This document shows positions 1 through 9,806 of a DNA stretch of 51,017 bases, piece by piece (the first letter of the stretch is position 1; each line of letters opens with the position of its first letter). Origin of the DNA: Calcarisporiella thermophila CBS 279.70 (Eukaryota > Fungi > Calcarisporiellomycota); assembly GCF_041956535.1 (NCBI RefSeq), contig NW_027192221.1:150397-201413 (forward strand). The letters run 5' to 3'. A program made the translations under genes and the position numbers. Under the pieces are notes generated by a model, which searched no databases, was not told where the DNA came from, and saw only the letters and a program-made list of their open reading frames with translations.

Positions 1-2
1 CC

Positions 3-1367
3 ATCGTTATCTGCGGTCACGTCGATTCCGGAAAGTCGACCACCACCGGTCGTCTGCTCTTCGAGCTCGGCGGTATTCCTGAGCGTGAAATGGAAAAGCT
101 GAAGCAGGAGGCTGACCGTCTTGGCAAGAGCTCTTTCGCCTTCGCCTTCTACATGGACCGTCAGAAAGATGAGCGTGAGCGTGGTGTGACCATTGCCTGC
201 ACCACCAAGGAGTTCTTCACAGACAACTGGCACTACACCATCATCGACGCCCCCGGCCACAGGGATTTCATCAAGAACATGATTTCCGGAGCCGCCCAGG
301 CTGATGTCGCCCTCCTCATGGTGCCCGCCGACGGTAACTTCACCACCGCCATCCAGAAGGGAGACCACAAGGCCGGAGAAATCCAGGGCCAGACCCGCCA
401 GCACGCTCGTCTCCTCAACTTGCTCGGTGTCAAGCAGCTCATTGTTGGTGTCAACAAGATGGACTCCGACACCGCCGGCTACAAGGAGGAGCGCTATAAC
501 GAAATCCGCGACGAAATGAGGAACATGCTTGTCAAGGTCGGATGGAAGAAGGAGTTCGTCGAGCAGTCCGTCCCCATCATCCCCATCTCCGGTTGGGTTG
601 GTGACAACTTGCTCAAGAAGTCCGAAAAGATGCCCTGGTGGAAGGGTCAGGAGGTCGTCAAGGCCGACGGCTCCAAGGTCAAGGTTGAGACCCTCCTCAA
701 CGCCTTGAACGACATGGCCTCCCTCCCCGCCCGCAAGGACGACGCTCCCCTCCGTCTCCCCGTCTCCGGTATCTACAAGATCAAGGGTGTCGGTGACGTT
801 ATTGCCGGACGTGTCGAGCAGGGTGTCCTCGTGCCCAACTCTGAGGTTGTCTTCCTCCCCACCCACACCGCCGCCAACCCTTGCGTTGGTAAGGTCTTCA
901 CCATCGAAATGCACCACAAGCGTTTCGAGAAGGCCCACACCGGTGACAACGTCGGTATGAACGTGAAGAACTTGGACAAGAACAACATGCCCCGCACTGG
1001 TGACGTCATGGTCCTCAAGTCGGACACCACCCTCAAGCCCGTCAAGAACTTCACCGCCCAGATCCAGACCCTCGACATTCCCGGAGAGGTCAAGCCTGGA
1101 TACTCCCCCATCGGTTTCGTCCGCTGCGGTCGCTCCGCATGCAAGATGATCTCCATCAAGTGGAAGATCGGCAAGGAGACTGGCCGCAAGAAGCTCGAGA
1201 ACCCCCACTCCCTCAAGGCCAACGAGGCCGCCGAGGTCGTGTTCGAGCCCATCCAGCCCCTCGTCGTCGACACCTTCCAGAACTGCGAGGGTCTCTCCCG
1301 TATCGCCTTCTTGGACGGAAACACCGCTGTCATGTTGGGCAAGGTCGTTGCTGTCGAGCACAAGTAA
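3..1367 (+). CDS. EFL: Elongation factor-like GTPase (EFL), 5' end outside window
   Basis: The frame is open from base 3 (IVICGHVDSGKSTTTGRLLFELGG, P-loop), so the ATG at 90 is internal. It has DAPGHRDFIKNM and NKMD G-motifs plus EFL-type segments GKSSFAFAFYMD and GNFTTAIQKGDHKAGEIQGQTRQHA. Codon bias is strongly C-ending. Confidence 0.95.
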   Translation: MVICGHVDSGKSTTTGRLLFELGGIPEREMEKLKQEADRLGKSSFAFAFYMDRQKDERERGVTIACTTKEFFTDNWHYTIIDAPGHRDFIKNMISGAAQADVALLMVPADGNFTTAIQKGDHKAGEIQGQTRQHARLLNLLGVKQLIVGVNKMDSDTAGYKEERYNEIRDEMRNMLVKVGWKKEFVEQSVPIIPISGWVGDNLLKKSEKMPWWKGQEVVKADGSKVKVETLLNALNDMASLPARKDDAPLRLPVSGIYKIKGVGDVIAGRVEQGVLVPNSEVVFLPTHTAANPCVGKVFTIEMHHKRFEKAHTGDNVGMNVKNLDKNNMPRTGDVMVLKSDTTLKPVKNFTAQIQTLDIPGEVKPGYSPIGFVRCGRSACKMISIKWKIGKETGRKKLENPHSLKANEAAEVVFEPIQPLVVDTFQNCEGLSRIAFLDGNTAVMLGKVVAVEHK

Positions 1368-3074
1368 ACCGTTTTCTTTTTCCATTCTTCTGAAGTCGGA
1401 AGTCATTTGATTGGCATTTTTTTGGGAGTAAATAAAAAAAAACTATGTTATAATAGAAATAAAAATTAAAAATTTCTAATAAGTTGAAGTTTTTGTTGGA
1501 AGCATTTGGCGCGTTTAGTTTTCTGAATCCTTCTCTCATCCTCTTTAATGTAGTTGCTTTCTGTCCCCTTTCACCAAGCAAACAATAAAATAAAAAATAT
1601 ATATATATCTATTTTGCGCCTCTCCGTGTGCGCTAAGACCGCGTGAACCGGCCCTGGTAAAGACCGATGCCCAATCCCACCCCGACGAAACCATTGTGAG
1701 ATGATGCTAAAAGTAAACAATATCAGCTTCACAAACGCGATATTCTGTGGGCTTTGGATGAGAAAGGGTGAGCAAGCAGAAAAGCCAGATGGTTGGGACC
1801 GAGATTTAACCCAGTATCACGTATCGCTTCCTCCTTTTTGTATTACTGCCAATTGAGCCATGCCACCTAGTGTGGAATATGACTTTCTCCGTATCGACTA
1901 TTTGCGCGCTCCCGCCTTGCCCCTATCGTTGTTCCTTAATGGCCATGAACGGCTGCCCTCTGGTGATGCAGGTTTCCAACACGACGGCCCGCTCTCATAA
2001 AATAAAATAAAGTCAAGAATCGAGGTGTATCGGGCAGAAGCACGTTCCTAGGAAGGAGCGGATCACATTGATGGCCACCAGAGCAGATCCTTTGACAAAC
2101 CTTGGAATACAGCCTTTGATCGGCTATTCCAAACACAAAACGTGCAGGCTTTAACTTTTTTTTTTCAGTTGTTGTTTATAAGCAAGGCTTCCAAATTTGA
2201 AATTCGGCCCAAAGGCACTCTTTTCCTCCTTAAATGGGTCATGCTTAAGAAGAGTTGGATACGGTCAAGAACGGGGTTAGAGTTTATATCTTGGGCTTCA
2301 GCTGGTGTCAACCACAAATAAACACACAGGTTGAAACTTTGGTAGCAATGACTGTCGACTAGCAGTGAGGGGGGTAGGCAAGCAGGCTACATTGTGGCCA
2401 ACGTTACATTTTCTGACGGGCTTGCACGGTCCTCCGGCTGCTCACTGACCAAGACATGGAAAAATGCTTGGGAAGGGAGAGGCTTTTCAAACCTCTGGTT
2501 TATTAAAGGTTTCAGTCCTCCTTCGCTTGGCCATTGGAGGCTATGGGCGATCAACATCGACCCCAAAGACCTTTGTTGAGCGGTTGCAAGGAATTCCATA
2601 TATTTACGGGCAGAAAAACCAGCTTTCCTATATTATTATTAAGGGGGATTTTTGCATTGTATCCATAGAATATATACAGAAACCAAGAATGTAAAAATCG
2701 AGGGGAGGGTAGGAAAATAGGTACCAAGGAAGTGGAGAAAACTACAAATATCAAGGAGGAAAAGAAGACATACATCATTCAAACATATTAGAAGAGATAG
2801 AGTAACTAACAAAAGCAAAGCGCAAGTACTTCCTCTTCCCCTATCCCCTCCCCTCCCCTCTCCTCCTCCCCTTTCAAGGAAGACACAAAACAAATATTAC
2901 ACAGTCGAAAGGGATCGACAAGGAGGGGAATGATTAAAAGGGGGGGGGATATAACATAACAAAACAAGCACGGAATGAAACGCAGGCAAACCCAGAGCAT
3001 ATCAAATGTATAACCAGACGATAAATAGAATAAAACAACCCGAGGCAAAAAAAAAGGCACGCCCTTTTGTCATT

Positions 3075-4349
3075 CTAGCTCTCCTTCGAGGACTTCAGCG
3101 CGCGGGAACAGCCGCCCGTTTCGATCCGCAGATGCCGGTTGAGCGCGTCCTGCCGAGCAAAGGCCTTTCCACAGTTCTTGCAAGAGTAGGGGCGCACGCC
3201 GCTATGCAGCTTATAGTGCCGATTGCGGTCGTGCTGGCGTGAGAAGGCCTTGTCACAGCCGGGATGCGAGCACTGGAAGGGCCTCTCCATGGTGTGGGTG
3301 CGGAGGTGCGAGCGAAGGTTGTAGGGGCGGGTGAAAGTTTTGTCGCAGCCAGAGACGCTACAGCGGTAGGGGCCGCCCTTGGCGCGCTTGGACGGAGAGC
3401 CTGGGGAGGTGCGAGGGAGAGAGAACTGCAGGACCCCGTGCATGGGCTGCGCCGTGGACGGGAGGATGTAGGCGGGCTTTGGCGACCCGGCGGAGGACGA
3501 GGCGTTAATCCGCGGGGGGGGAGGGTAGGGAGTGAGGGTGGAGCGGGCGGTGGAGGGACTAGAGTCGGCGGGGTCGGGGCCTGTTTTTGGAGAGGGGGAA
3601 TGGGGCTTGGAGGTGGGCTGAAGGTCCTGGGCCGCGACAAAATTGATCACCAGGGCAGGATCGAGCGGCAGCTTGACGTCCTCGGGGCCGGGGCTTACAA
3701 GGGAGGGGCTGTGCTGAGCGGGGCCCATCTCGGAGATGTTGGACGAGACCACAGGGGGGGACGACACGTAGCCCTCCATCGGACGAAAGTCGGCGGGCAT
3801 GCTGCTGTCGTTCAGCTGGGGCAGCAGTGCAAGCATCTCCATGCCCATCATCGAGTCCTCAAAACTCGATCGGGGGAAGAGATAGGGGTCGCAGCTCGGC
3901 TCGAGATCACCCTCCCACCCGCGGGCAAGCAGGGCGCCGTCACCACCGGGCTGGCCGACGGCGATGTCCGCGGGCGGCAGCTCCAAAGCATTGGCGGGAG
4001 TGGCAAGCGCGGAGGAGTCGGTCAGCGCAGGGCTCGGATACACAATGGGCTCGTTGGGTCGTCGCAGCGAGGAGGGGGAGGAATTGAGCAGGAACGGGCT
4101 CAAATAGGAGAGTGCGGCGCTTGCATTGGCAGAGACCGAGGACGAGGGGGGAGTCAAGAGCATGGTGAAATTGGGGGAGGAATTAGAGGGGGAGGCGGAG
4201 AAAGGCGGCACACTAGGATCTAACGCGTTGATGTCGCGTTCCTCGCATGAGGTTGGCCGCTGGGGATGGGGATGGGGATGCAGAGGTTCATGCTGATGCT
4301 GGCGAAGACCTTCGGGATGGGATTGGAGCTGGAGAAGGAACGACTCCAT
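3075..4349 (-). CDS. CRZ1: Crz1/CrzA-like calcineurin-responsive C2H2 zinc-finger transcription factor (424 aa, intronless)
   Basis: Three C-terminal C2H2 fingers with FTRPYNLRSHLRTH, FSRQHDRNRH and FARQDALNRH, as in the Crz1 family. The N-terminus is Ser/Pro-rich, with a PxIxIT-like PALVINF and a basic PSKRAK. Confidence 0.8.
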   Translation of the reverse strand: MESFLLQLQSHPEGLRQHQHEPLHPHPHPQRPTSCEERDINALDPSVPPFSASPSNSSPNFTMLLTPPSSSVSANASAALSYLSPFLLNSSPSSLRRPNEPIVYPSPALTDSSALATPANALELPPADIAVGQPGGDGALLARGWEGDLEPSCDPYLFPRSSFEDSMMGMEMLALLPQLNDSSMPADFRPMEGYVSSPPVVSSNISEMGPAQHSPSLVSPGPEDVKLPLDPALVINFVAAQDLQPTSKPHSPSPKTGPDPADSSPSTARSTLTPYPPPPRINASSSAGSPKPAYILPSTAQPMHGVLQFSLPRTSPGSPSKRAKGGPYRCSVSGCDKTFTRPYNLRSHLRTHTMERPFQCSHPGCDKAFSRQHDRNRHYKLHSGVRPYSCKNCGKAFARQDALNRHLRIETGGCSRALKSSKES

Positions 4350-4517
4350 TGAAGAGTGCTGTTCGAATGGCGGGGCCGCTGGTGCTTAGTCCGGAGGTTG
4401 TGGGGTCTTCTTTAGGAGCGCGATCTTGGGGAAGAATTGTGATGGCGAGGAGAATCCGCACACGCTACGTGGTGGAGACAGAGGAAACAAAAGGGAAGCG
4501 TCGGAGCGCGCGGGATT

Positions 4518-4524
4518 CTTTATA
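4518..4524 (-). promoter_or_regulatory. TATA-like box of the Crz1-like gene
   Basis: TATAAAG on the minus strand ~170 bp upstream of the ATG at 4349, followed by a pyrimidine-rich leader. Confidence 0.35.
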
Positions 4525-7386
4525 TTTGTAAGGAAAGATCAATGTTAACCCTGCGCGGCCCTCCGGCGCCGGGCATTGGTCGACCGGTTTTGTTCATTCA
4601 AGGAGCATAAGTCCTCTCTTGCACCAGTTTCAGTCGACTCCCTCCGAGCTCAGTCCGATTTAACCTTAATTTTTGGCCCAACGAATTTGCGCCCGGAGAA
4701 AACAGAAAACACCGCAGAGAACTCTATCCGGCGCCAATGGGGAAATTGGGTGCCGATCCGTTGGGAGAGCGGAAGAATCCCGCTCCTCTACCTTCTTTGT
4801 GCTCCATTCAGACCGGATTTCCGCCCCCTCGACCCACACTCCTGGCCGTCGCCAGCGAGACAGCCGTCAACGCAATCCCGGCATGTGGCTCCCCCCGCAG
4901 TGCGGCCGCCCGCGATCGCTGGCCGCGTCGCCCGCCCGTCCCCCCCTCCACCGGATTCTTTTCTCCTTGCGCCCCCGTTCGCTTCTTCCCCCTTCACTGC
5001 TTGCTCCTCTTCCAGCTTCCCTCTGCTCTATCTTGTGCTCTTCGGGGCCCAGATTCCTCCGCTCTGGCAAGCTTTTTTATTGCGCATGCGGAACGTCTAT
5101 GCCTAAATAGGCGCACCCGCCACAGAGCCACAATCCATGCCATCTAATCCCTCATGCCACAACCCTTTTGTGTTGCGCCGAGAAGGCGAGCCATGCTTTG
5201 TCATTGGGCAAGGACCTCGTCCAAGCACTAAAATCTAGCTTGTTTTCTCTCCAGCGCGTGTTTTCCCCAAATCTTCTCACTGTATAGGAGAGGAGAAAAG
5301 AAAACCGTACCCTTTTGTTTAACTTAATTAAGGGAGGAAAGCTCAAGCAACCCGGTTGAGAGGCTGCGTCACTTTGGATACAAAAAAAAAAAAGCTCTGC
5401 AATGCGGGGCCGTTTCTCTTTGGCGGAAATGCCCCGGTTCGGAGTGTAAAGAAGGCTAACTTGAGGCTCTGAACATTGTTCCGAGAGGCCACAGGATAAG
5501 CTCGTCCAGCTTGCGTGGGGGAGGGCCAGAATGGGATGTGCAGAGAGCACTGGGTTTGATTGGAAGAGGATCTGGGGCATGGGAGGGGAGCTGAAAAGGT
5601 TTGACGGAATAAGAGAGCGGGAGAGGGTGGCTTGAGAGCCTTGACAGCATTGGCCGTTTTGAAATTGGCCTTGAGGTTGATGGGGAGAGAAGGTGGGCCG
5701 AGTGCGTGCTCGGGAAGCCCCGAGCTGGGGTGAAGAGTCTGGTGGAAACGCAAGGGGGGAAGCGCGGCAGCGGCGAGTGTGTTTGCGTGTGGGAGAAAGC
5801 ACCGGTGCTTGGCAAGGCGCTAGAGCTTTTGCCAAGCATGGCCCGAGATGTTGATGAGGCCGCTGAATAGGGTGCGTCCATCTCATGCCCTTCTCTAGGC
5901 CGATTTTCGTTATGGTCCTACGCGCGCGGCAGCTACGTCATCGTGTTCATCCAGAAGCGCTTTGTGGTTGGATTTGTCATAGTGTGAGGGGGGAACGGCA
6001 TATTCGTACTACGCGCGTGGTTGCGCTAGAAGGTTAAGCTTCGCGGAAAGAAATGTTCCATGGTCACTGTAGAAAAAATAATGCACCGTTATGAAAGAAT
6101 GGCTTGATAAGGAGATATTATTTCTCGGGGTTGTCCTACCAGCCAGAACTGAAGAGGGCCACCTCTCTGTGCTACTAGGATTAATAATACAAGGGAGCTC
6201 GCCATCACCCCACTCCATGGTCCGGAAGGAGCAACCTCTGACATCAGCTGAGTTAGCGAGGGAGAGGTGGGGAATTAACTCGTGCCGAAAAAGATGCAAG
6301 GGGTTTAGGCAGCCGGGCGGAAAGGAAATACAACAAGCTCTAGCGGCAGGAGAGCCCGCCGGTCACGTGCGGTCCAAATGGATAAGGAGTGTTCATTTCG
6401 AGAGAGGATGCTAATTATAAAATCTACGGCAGAGATGGTTATTAAAAGATCTTAGGTTAAGCTGAATCCGGTTTATGCTGGATCTTCTACAGAAAGAGAG
6501 AGAGCGAAGAAGAGAGAGGCAAACGATGAATAAGCTCAATCATGCAGGAGGATGCTCTGACGGGCTTGCACTTATGACGTACAGATGCCAGCGATGGTTT
6601 AGCAACAAGGGCTGGGTGGCGAAACTCTAACATCCTGTTGGAAAACGAGCATGGCCGCCTATTTGTAGTTAGCGCGGGGCCACTAGTCAGATGCCCTCAT
6701 GGAGGGATATTGGGGGGCAAGAGAGGAAGGAGGTGAGGGTCGTTACGGAGCTCTCAACGATAGGATCGCTTTGAGGTTGCTTATAGCCATGTCCAGGGGG
6801 TAGCTTTGTCATCGCTCTCTACCAAGGATGGATTATATTCTGGCACTCCACCAGCTGACCCAGCATATCCTGCCGTAGCTGTAGTATTAGTAGTGTTCGT
6901 GGCGTGGTTCGGGAAGGAGAGACACGAGTCTAGATTATACGCTATAAGAGCAATCTGAAAAGCCTGCTGAATGAAGCTTAATAGAATGGGGGGAAACGCT
7001 CTGTGGGTGGCTTACTGAAGGCTTGGCAAGAATCGGTTCTGATCGACATCCCCTCGGATGGGAGGTCAGATTCCCCAGCCATCGGGCAAGTTGAAATCGA
7101 GATTCAATTTTCAGTGAGCGCGATTGAAATCCAAACCTTCAAAATCCCATCCATAACATTCTGTTTTGGGCTAAGCGTTACTCCAGAATTCTGATATTTT
7201 CACCCGACCACTATCATGTTTTTTTTTTCGCCTTTTTTCCCGGCTCTCGAAGCATTGCGGTTTGATTTTGCTCGAGAGGCAGCTAGTCTAAATATCCTCA
7301 ATACGCATCGCACATCTTGGTTTGTCTCGTCCTCCACTGCACGCTTGCCGCTTATGGTTTTTAGGGAAGGCGGCTATTAACACTGG

Positions 7387-8277
7387 ATGACCTCTGCGTC
7401 TCAATTTGTCTCTAACGCGACACGCCTCGCCACCCTCTCGCCACCCCTGCCTCCCTCCTCGGAGAGCAGCATCCACGCCGACAGGATGATCCCGCCCTTC
7501 TCTTATACTCTGCATTACGAACTAGTCCCCTCTTCCCCTTCTGTCCTAACGGTAAGGGACGGAGGGCGAGATCGGTGGAGATTGGAGCAAACGTGTTTGC
7601 GATGCACGGATGGGGCCGTGGTGTGGGAGATGGCCGAGGACATGGAGCCTGTGGCTGAAGATGGCAATGGTGCGGCGGCCCACGGGTGGTGGGTGAGAAG
7701 CAAATCCGGGAGGAAGCGGGTCTTTCTACAAGGGGAGGCCGGGGGAATCCGCTTCGAGCTGGAGGGGAAGGTCTACTCGTGGAAAGAAAACTCAATCGTG
7801 GGTGAACCGCCGTTACGCGTTTCCCATGGTATGCGGGCAGCATCTCCTATAGACCATGGCCGAACACAAGGGCGTGGCCCTCCAACAGAGATGGTGTGCA
7901 TGGACGAGGGGAACACAAGGAAAATCGCGGAGTGGAAGCGGGGGGAGTTTGTGGTCGAGGCTGCCATTGCGGAAACGGTCCTCTTGGAGCTGTTGCTGTA
8001 TAGTGCCGTGGTGGCTTTGATCCATATCCACTCCGAAAGGGCCCTTGCCGGCTTGAGGGATGAGGACGGGGAGGCATCCGTCGACGAGGCCGAGGTGAGG
8101 CCGAGTCTCTCCTCCTATGCAGAAACCTTGGCTAGCTACACCACCTCTGGGAGTCTGGAGTTGGTGAACCAATGGCCCCTGTGCTGCTGTGAGACGCCGG
8201 GGCTGTCCTGCTGCTTGGACGAGGGCTGGTGCGGAGCGTGTGCCTATCGCATTCGCAAATGCTGTATTATACTCTGA
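7387..8277 (+). CDS. Hypothetical protein (296 aa), possible tubby/scramblase-like barrel, with Cys-rich tail and CaaX box (CIIL)
   Basis: Intronless ORF with coding-like composition. A beta-rich middle ends in a hydrophobic helix LLELLLYSAVVALIHI. The C-terminus is LCCC...SCC...WCGAC...KCCIIL-stop. Confidence 0.75.
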   Translation: MTSASQFVSNATRLATLSPPLPPSSESSIHADRMIPPFSYTLHYELVPSSPSVLTVRDGGRDRWRLEQTCLRCTDGAVVWEMAEDMEPVAEDGNGAAAHGWWVRSKSGRKRVFLQGEAGGIRFELEGKVYSWKENSIVGEPPLRVSHGMRAASPIDHGRTQGRGPPTEMVCMDEGNTRKIAEWKRGEFVVEAAIAETVLLELLLYSAVVALIHIHSERALAGLRDEDGEASVDEAEVRPSLSSYAETLASYTTSGSLELVNQWPLCCCETPGLSCCLDEGWCGACAYRIRKCCIIL

Positions 8278-8658
8278 GGGTGATCCCCTCCAGAGAGGAG
8301 CAGAGTTCCATCGTTTCTTGTATTTATAAATAAGCTCTTTGTATCGTGTTTTGCTTTTATCCGCTCATTTGCTATACCCCTACTTCTGTACGTTTCCAAT
8401 GTTCCAATAGTCAATCAATAAACAGGCTGCTAAGGGGGCAAATGGAATGGGCCCCCACGCAGTTATGTATTTACAATAACATATCCACCCCTACCGCCAT
8501 TAAAAAACTACACTAATAATTACAATACAAGCCATTTTGGAAAGAAAACACACTAAAGAATGCTGAAAAAAAAATAAAAAATTCGCTTTTGAGGGTGATG
8601 CGTTTAGATAATTATATATATAGATGTAGATGGATGGAAGTAGCCATGGCGCTTCCAT

Positions 8659-9087
8659 TTACCGCATCCAACCTAACGGCATCAAGGGTGGGTCGTGCTT
8701 CGCCCGTTTTTGAGCGTTCATCCTCTCGATGTATATTTGGGTGATATCGGCTAGCGGAACCCTTGCTTGGACCGCGCTGTTCCGCTTCTTCTTGGGATGG
8801 TGGAGGACATTAACGTAGTGACCTCTACATGCATCCCAGTTCTCTTTGTTGCCATCGAGGGCAGTGTCGCATGGAGATGGTGGCAAGCGATGGGCGCAAC
8901 GGCGCGTGTAAGGAGCAGCTCGCTGCTCCTTGCGCCTTGTTGATTTACCGGTGTGCAGATGCACCGATGTTGATTTTACGGGGGAGGATGCGGGACGCGC
9001 GGGGAGACTGAGGAGCGTGGGTGCTGGGCATTGAGCGGGAAGGAGCGCCAAGAGCGAGTCCGAGTTAAGGAAAGAACTTGCCAACAT
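8659..9087 (-). CDS. Small KEN-box/D-box/MR-tail protein (142 aa), candidate Mes1/OSD1-like APC/C regulator
   Basis: The first ATG is at 9087 (the track start at 9150 is TTG). It contains GNKEN, RVPLADIT, C-terminal LGWMR-stop, a CDK-type SPVK and an NLS-like PKKKR. An AT-rich 3' region lies at ~8300-8640. Confidence 0.7.
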   Translation of the reverse strand: MLASSFLNSDSLLALLPAQCPAPTLLSLPARPASSPVKSTSVHLHTGKSTRRKEQRAAPYTRRCAHRLPPSPCDTALDGNKENWDACRGHYVNVLHHPKKKRNSAVQARVPLADITQIYIERMNAQKRAKHDPPLMPLGWMR

Positions 9088-9806
9088 GATGTGCCCGAAT
9101 AGAGTATATTTCAATGGAAGAGGAGAAGGAAAGGGAGGAAGAAGATTCAATTAGGGTTGCTCTTGAGCAAAGCGGAATAAAAAAATAACGTTTTGGATTT
9201 CAGAACGCTGACGGGATGTGATTCATGGGGGGTAATGAGGTTGGGGACAATGTAAAACAAGGATGGTTGCTACAGTGGATAAAAAGAAGCAGTCGAGTCA
9301 CAGGCAGGGTCAAAGGGAACAATGCCGGTGGCCGTGATGGAAGTGAGGAGGAAAGCAAGAAGTGGCATCCCGGTCCATCTTCCCCCCCGCTCTTTTATCT
9401 CACAGGACTTTGATGACGTCTTTGTGGCAGCAAGCGAAGAGGGTGAAAAAAAAATTTCGCGACTAATAGCAAATTGCAATTTCCTTATTTGCACGCCTTT
9501 TTTCGTAAAGAAAACGAGGTTGTGACTGCACCACGCGACATTTTCGTGTTGTGCAGTCACGACGGCCGGCGTTGATTTGCGAGCTGGCCCAGCCAAAGCC
9601 CTATGGAGACACGGCTCCAGGATTTTTCTGTTTTCGCAGAGAAGAGAAACTTTAATCTTTGTGAGGCCGGCAATGCAGCCCATCCTCAGTACTAGCGGAA
9701 GTTCTAGGTAGTATAACAAGTGTATCACTAAAAAACGATAAAAGAGAAAATGGGAAAAAAAAAAGGACAACACAGAACAACACATGGTACAACAAAAACA
9801 AAAACC

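Noticed and set aside
90-1367. Annotating the first gene as EF-1alpha (TEF1) starting at ATG 90
   Set aside because: The signature segments are EFL-type, and the P-loop lies upstream of base 90, so the ATG is internal.
3264-4223. Long antisense ORFs (also 773-1363, 10329-11513, 11687-12439, 16230-17057, 29237-30137, 37072-37590)
   Set aside because: These are shadow frames of GC-rich, codon-biased real genes, with no independent motifs.
4576-6414. ORFs of 100-244 aa in the GC-rich region upstream of CRZ1
   Set aside because: They overlap in several frames, are low-complexity and often have non-ATG starts. They are better explained as GC-rich promoter/UTR sequence.
2412-6571. Identical 16-mer TCTGACGGGCTTGCAC at 2412-2427 and 6556-6571 flanking the Crz1-like gene
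   Set aside because: The match does not extend, and one 16-bp match is not unexpected by chance in 51 kb. There are no transposon features.
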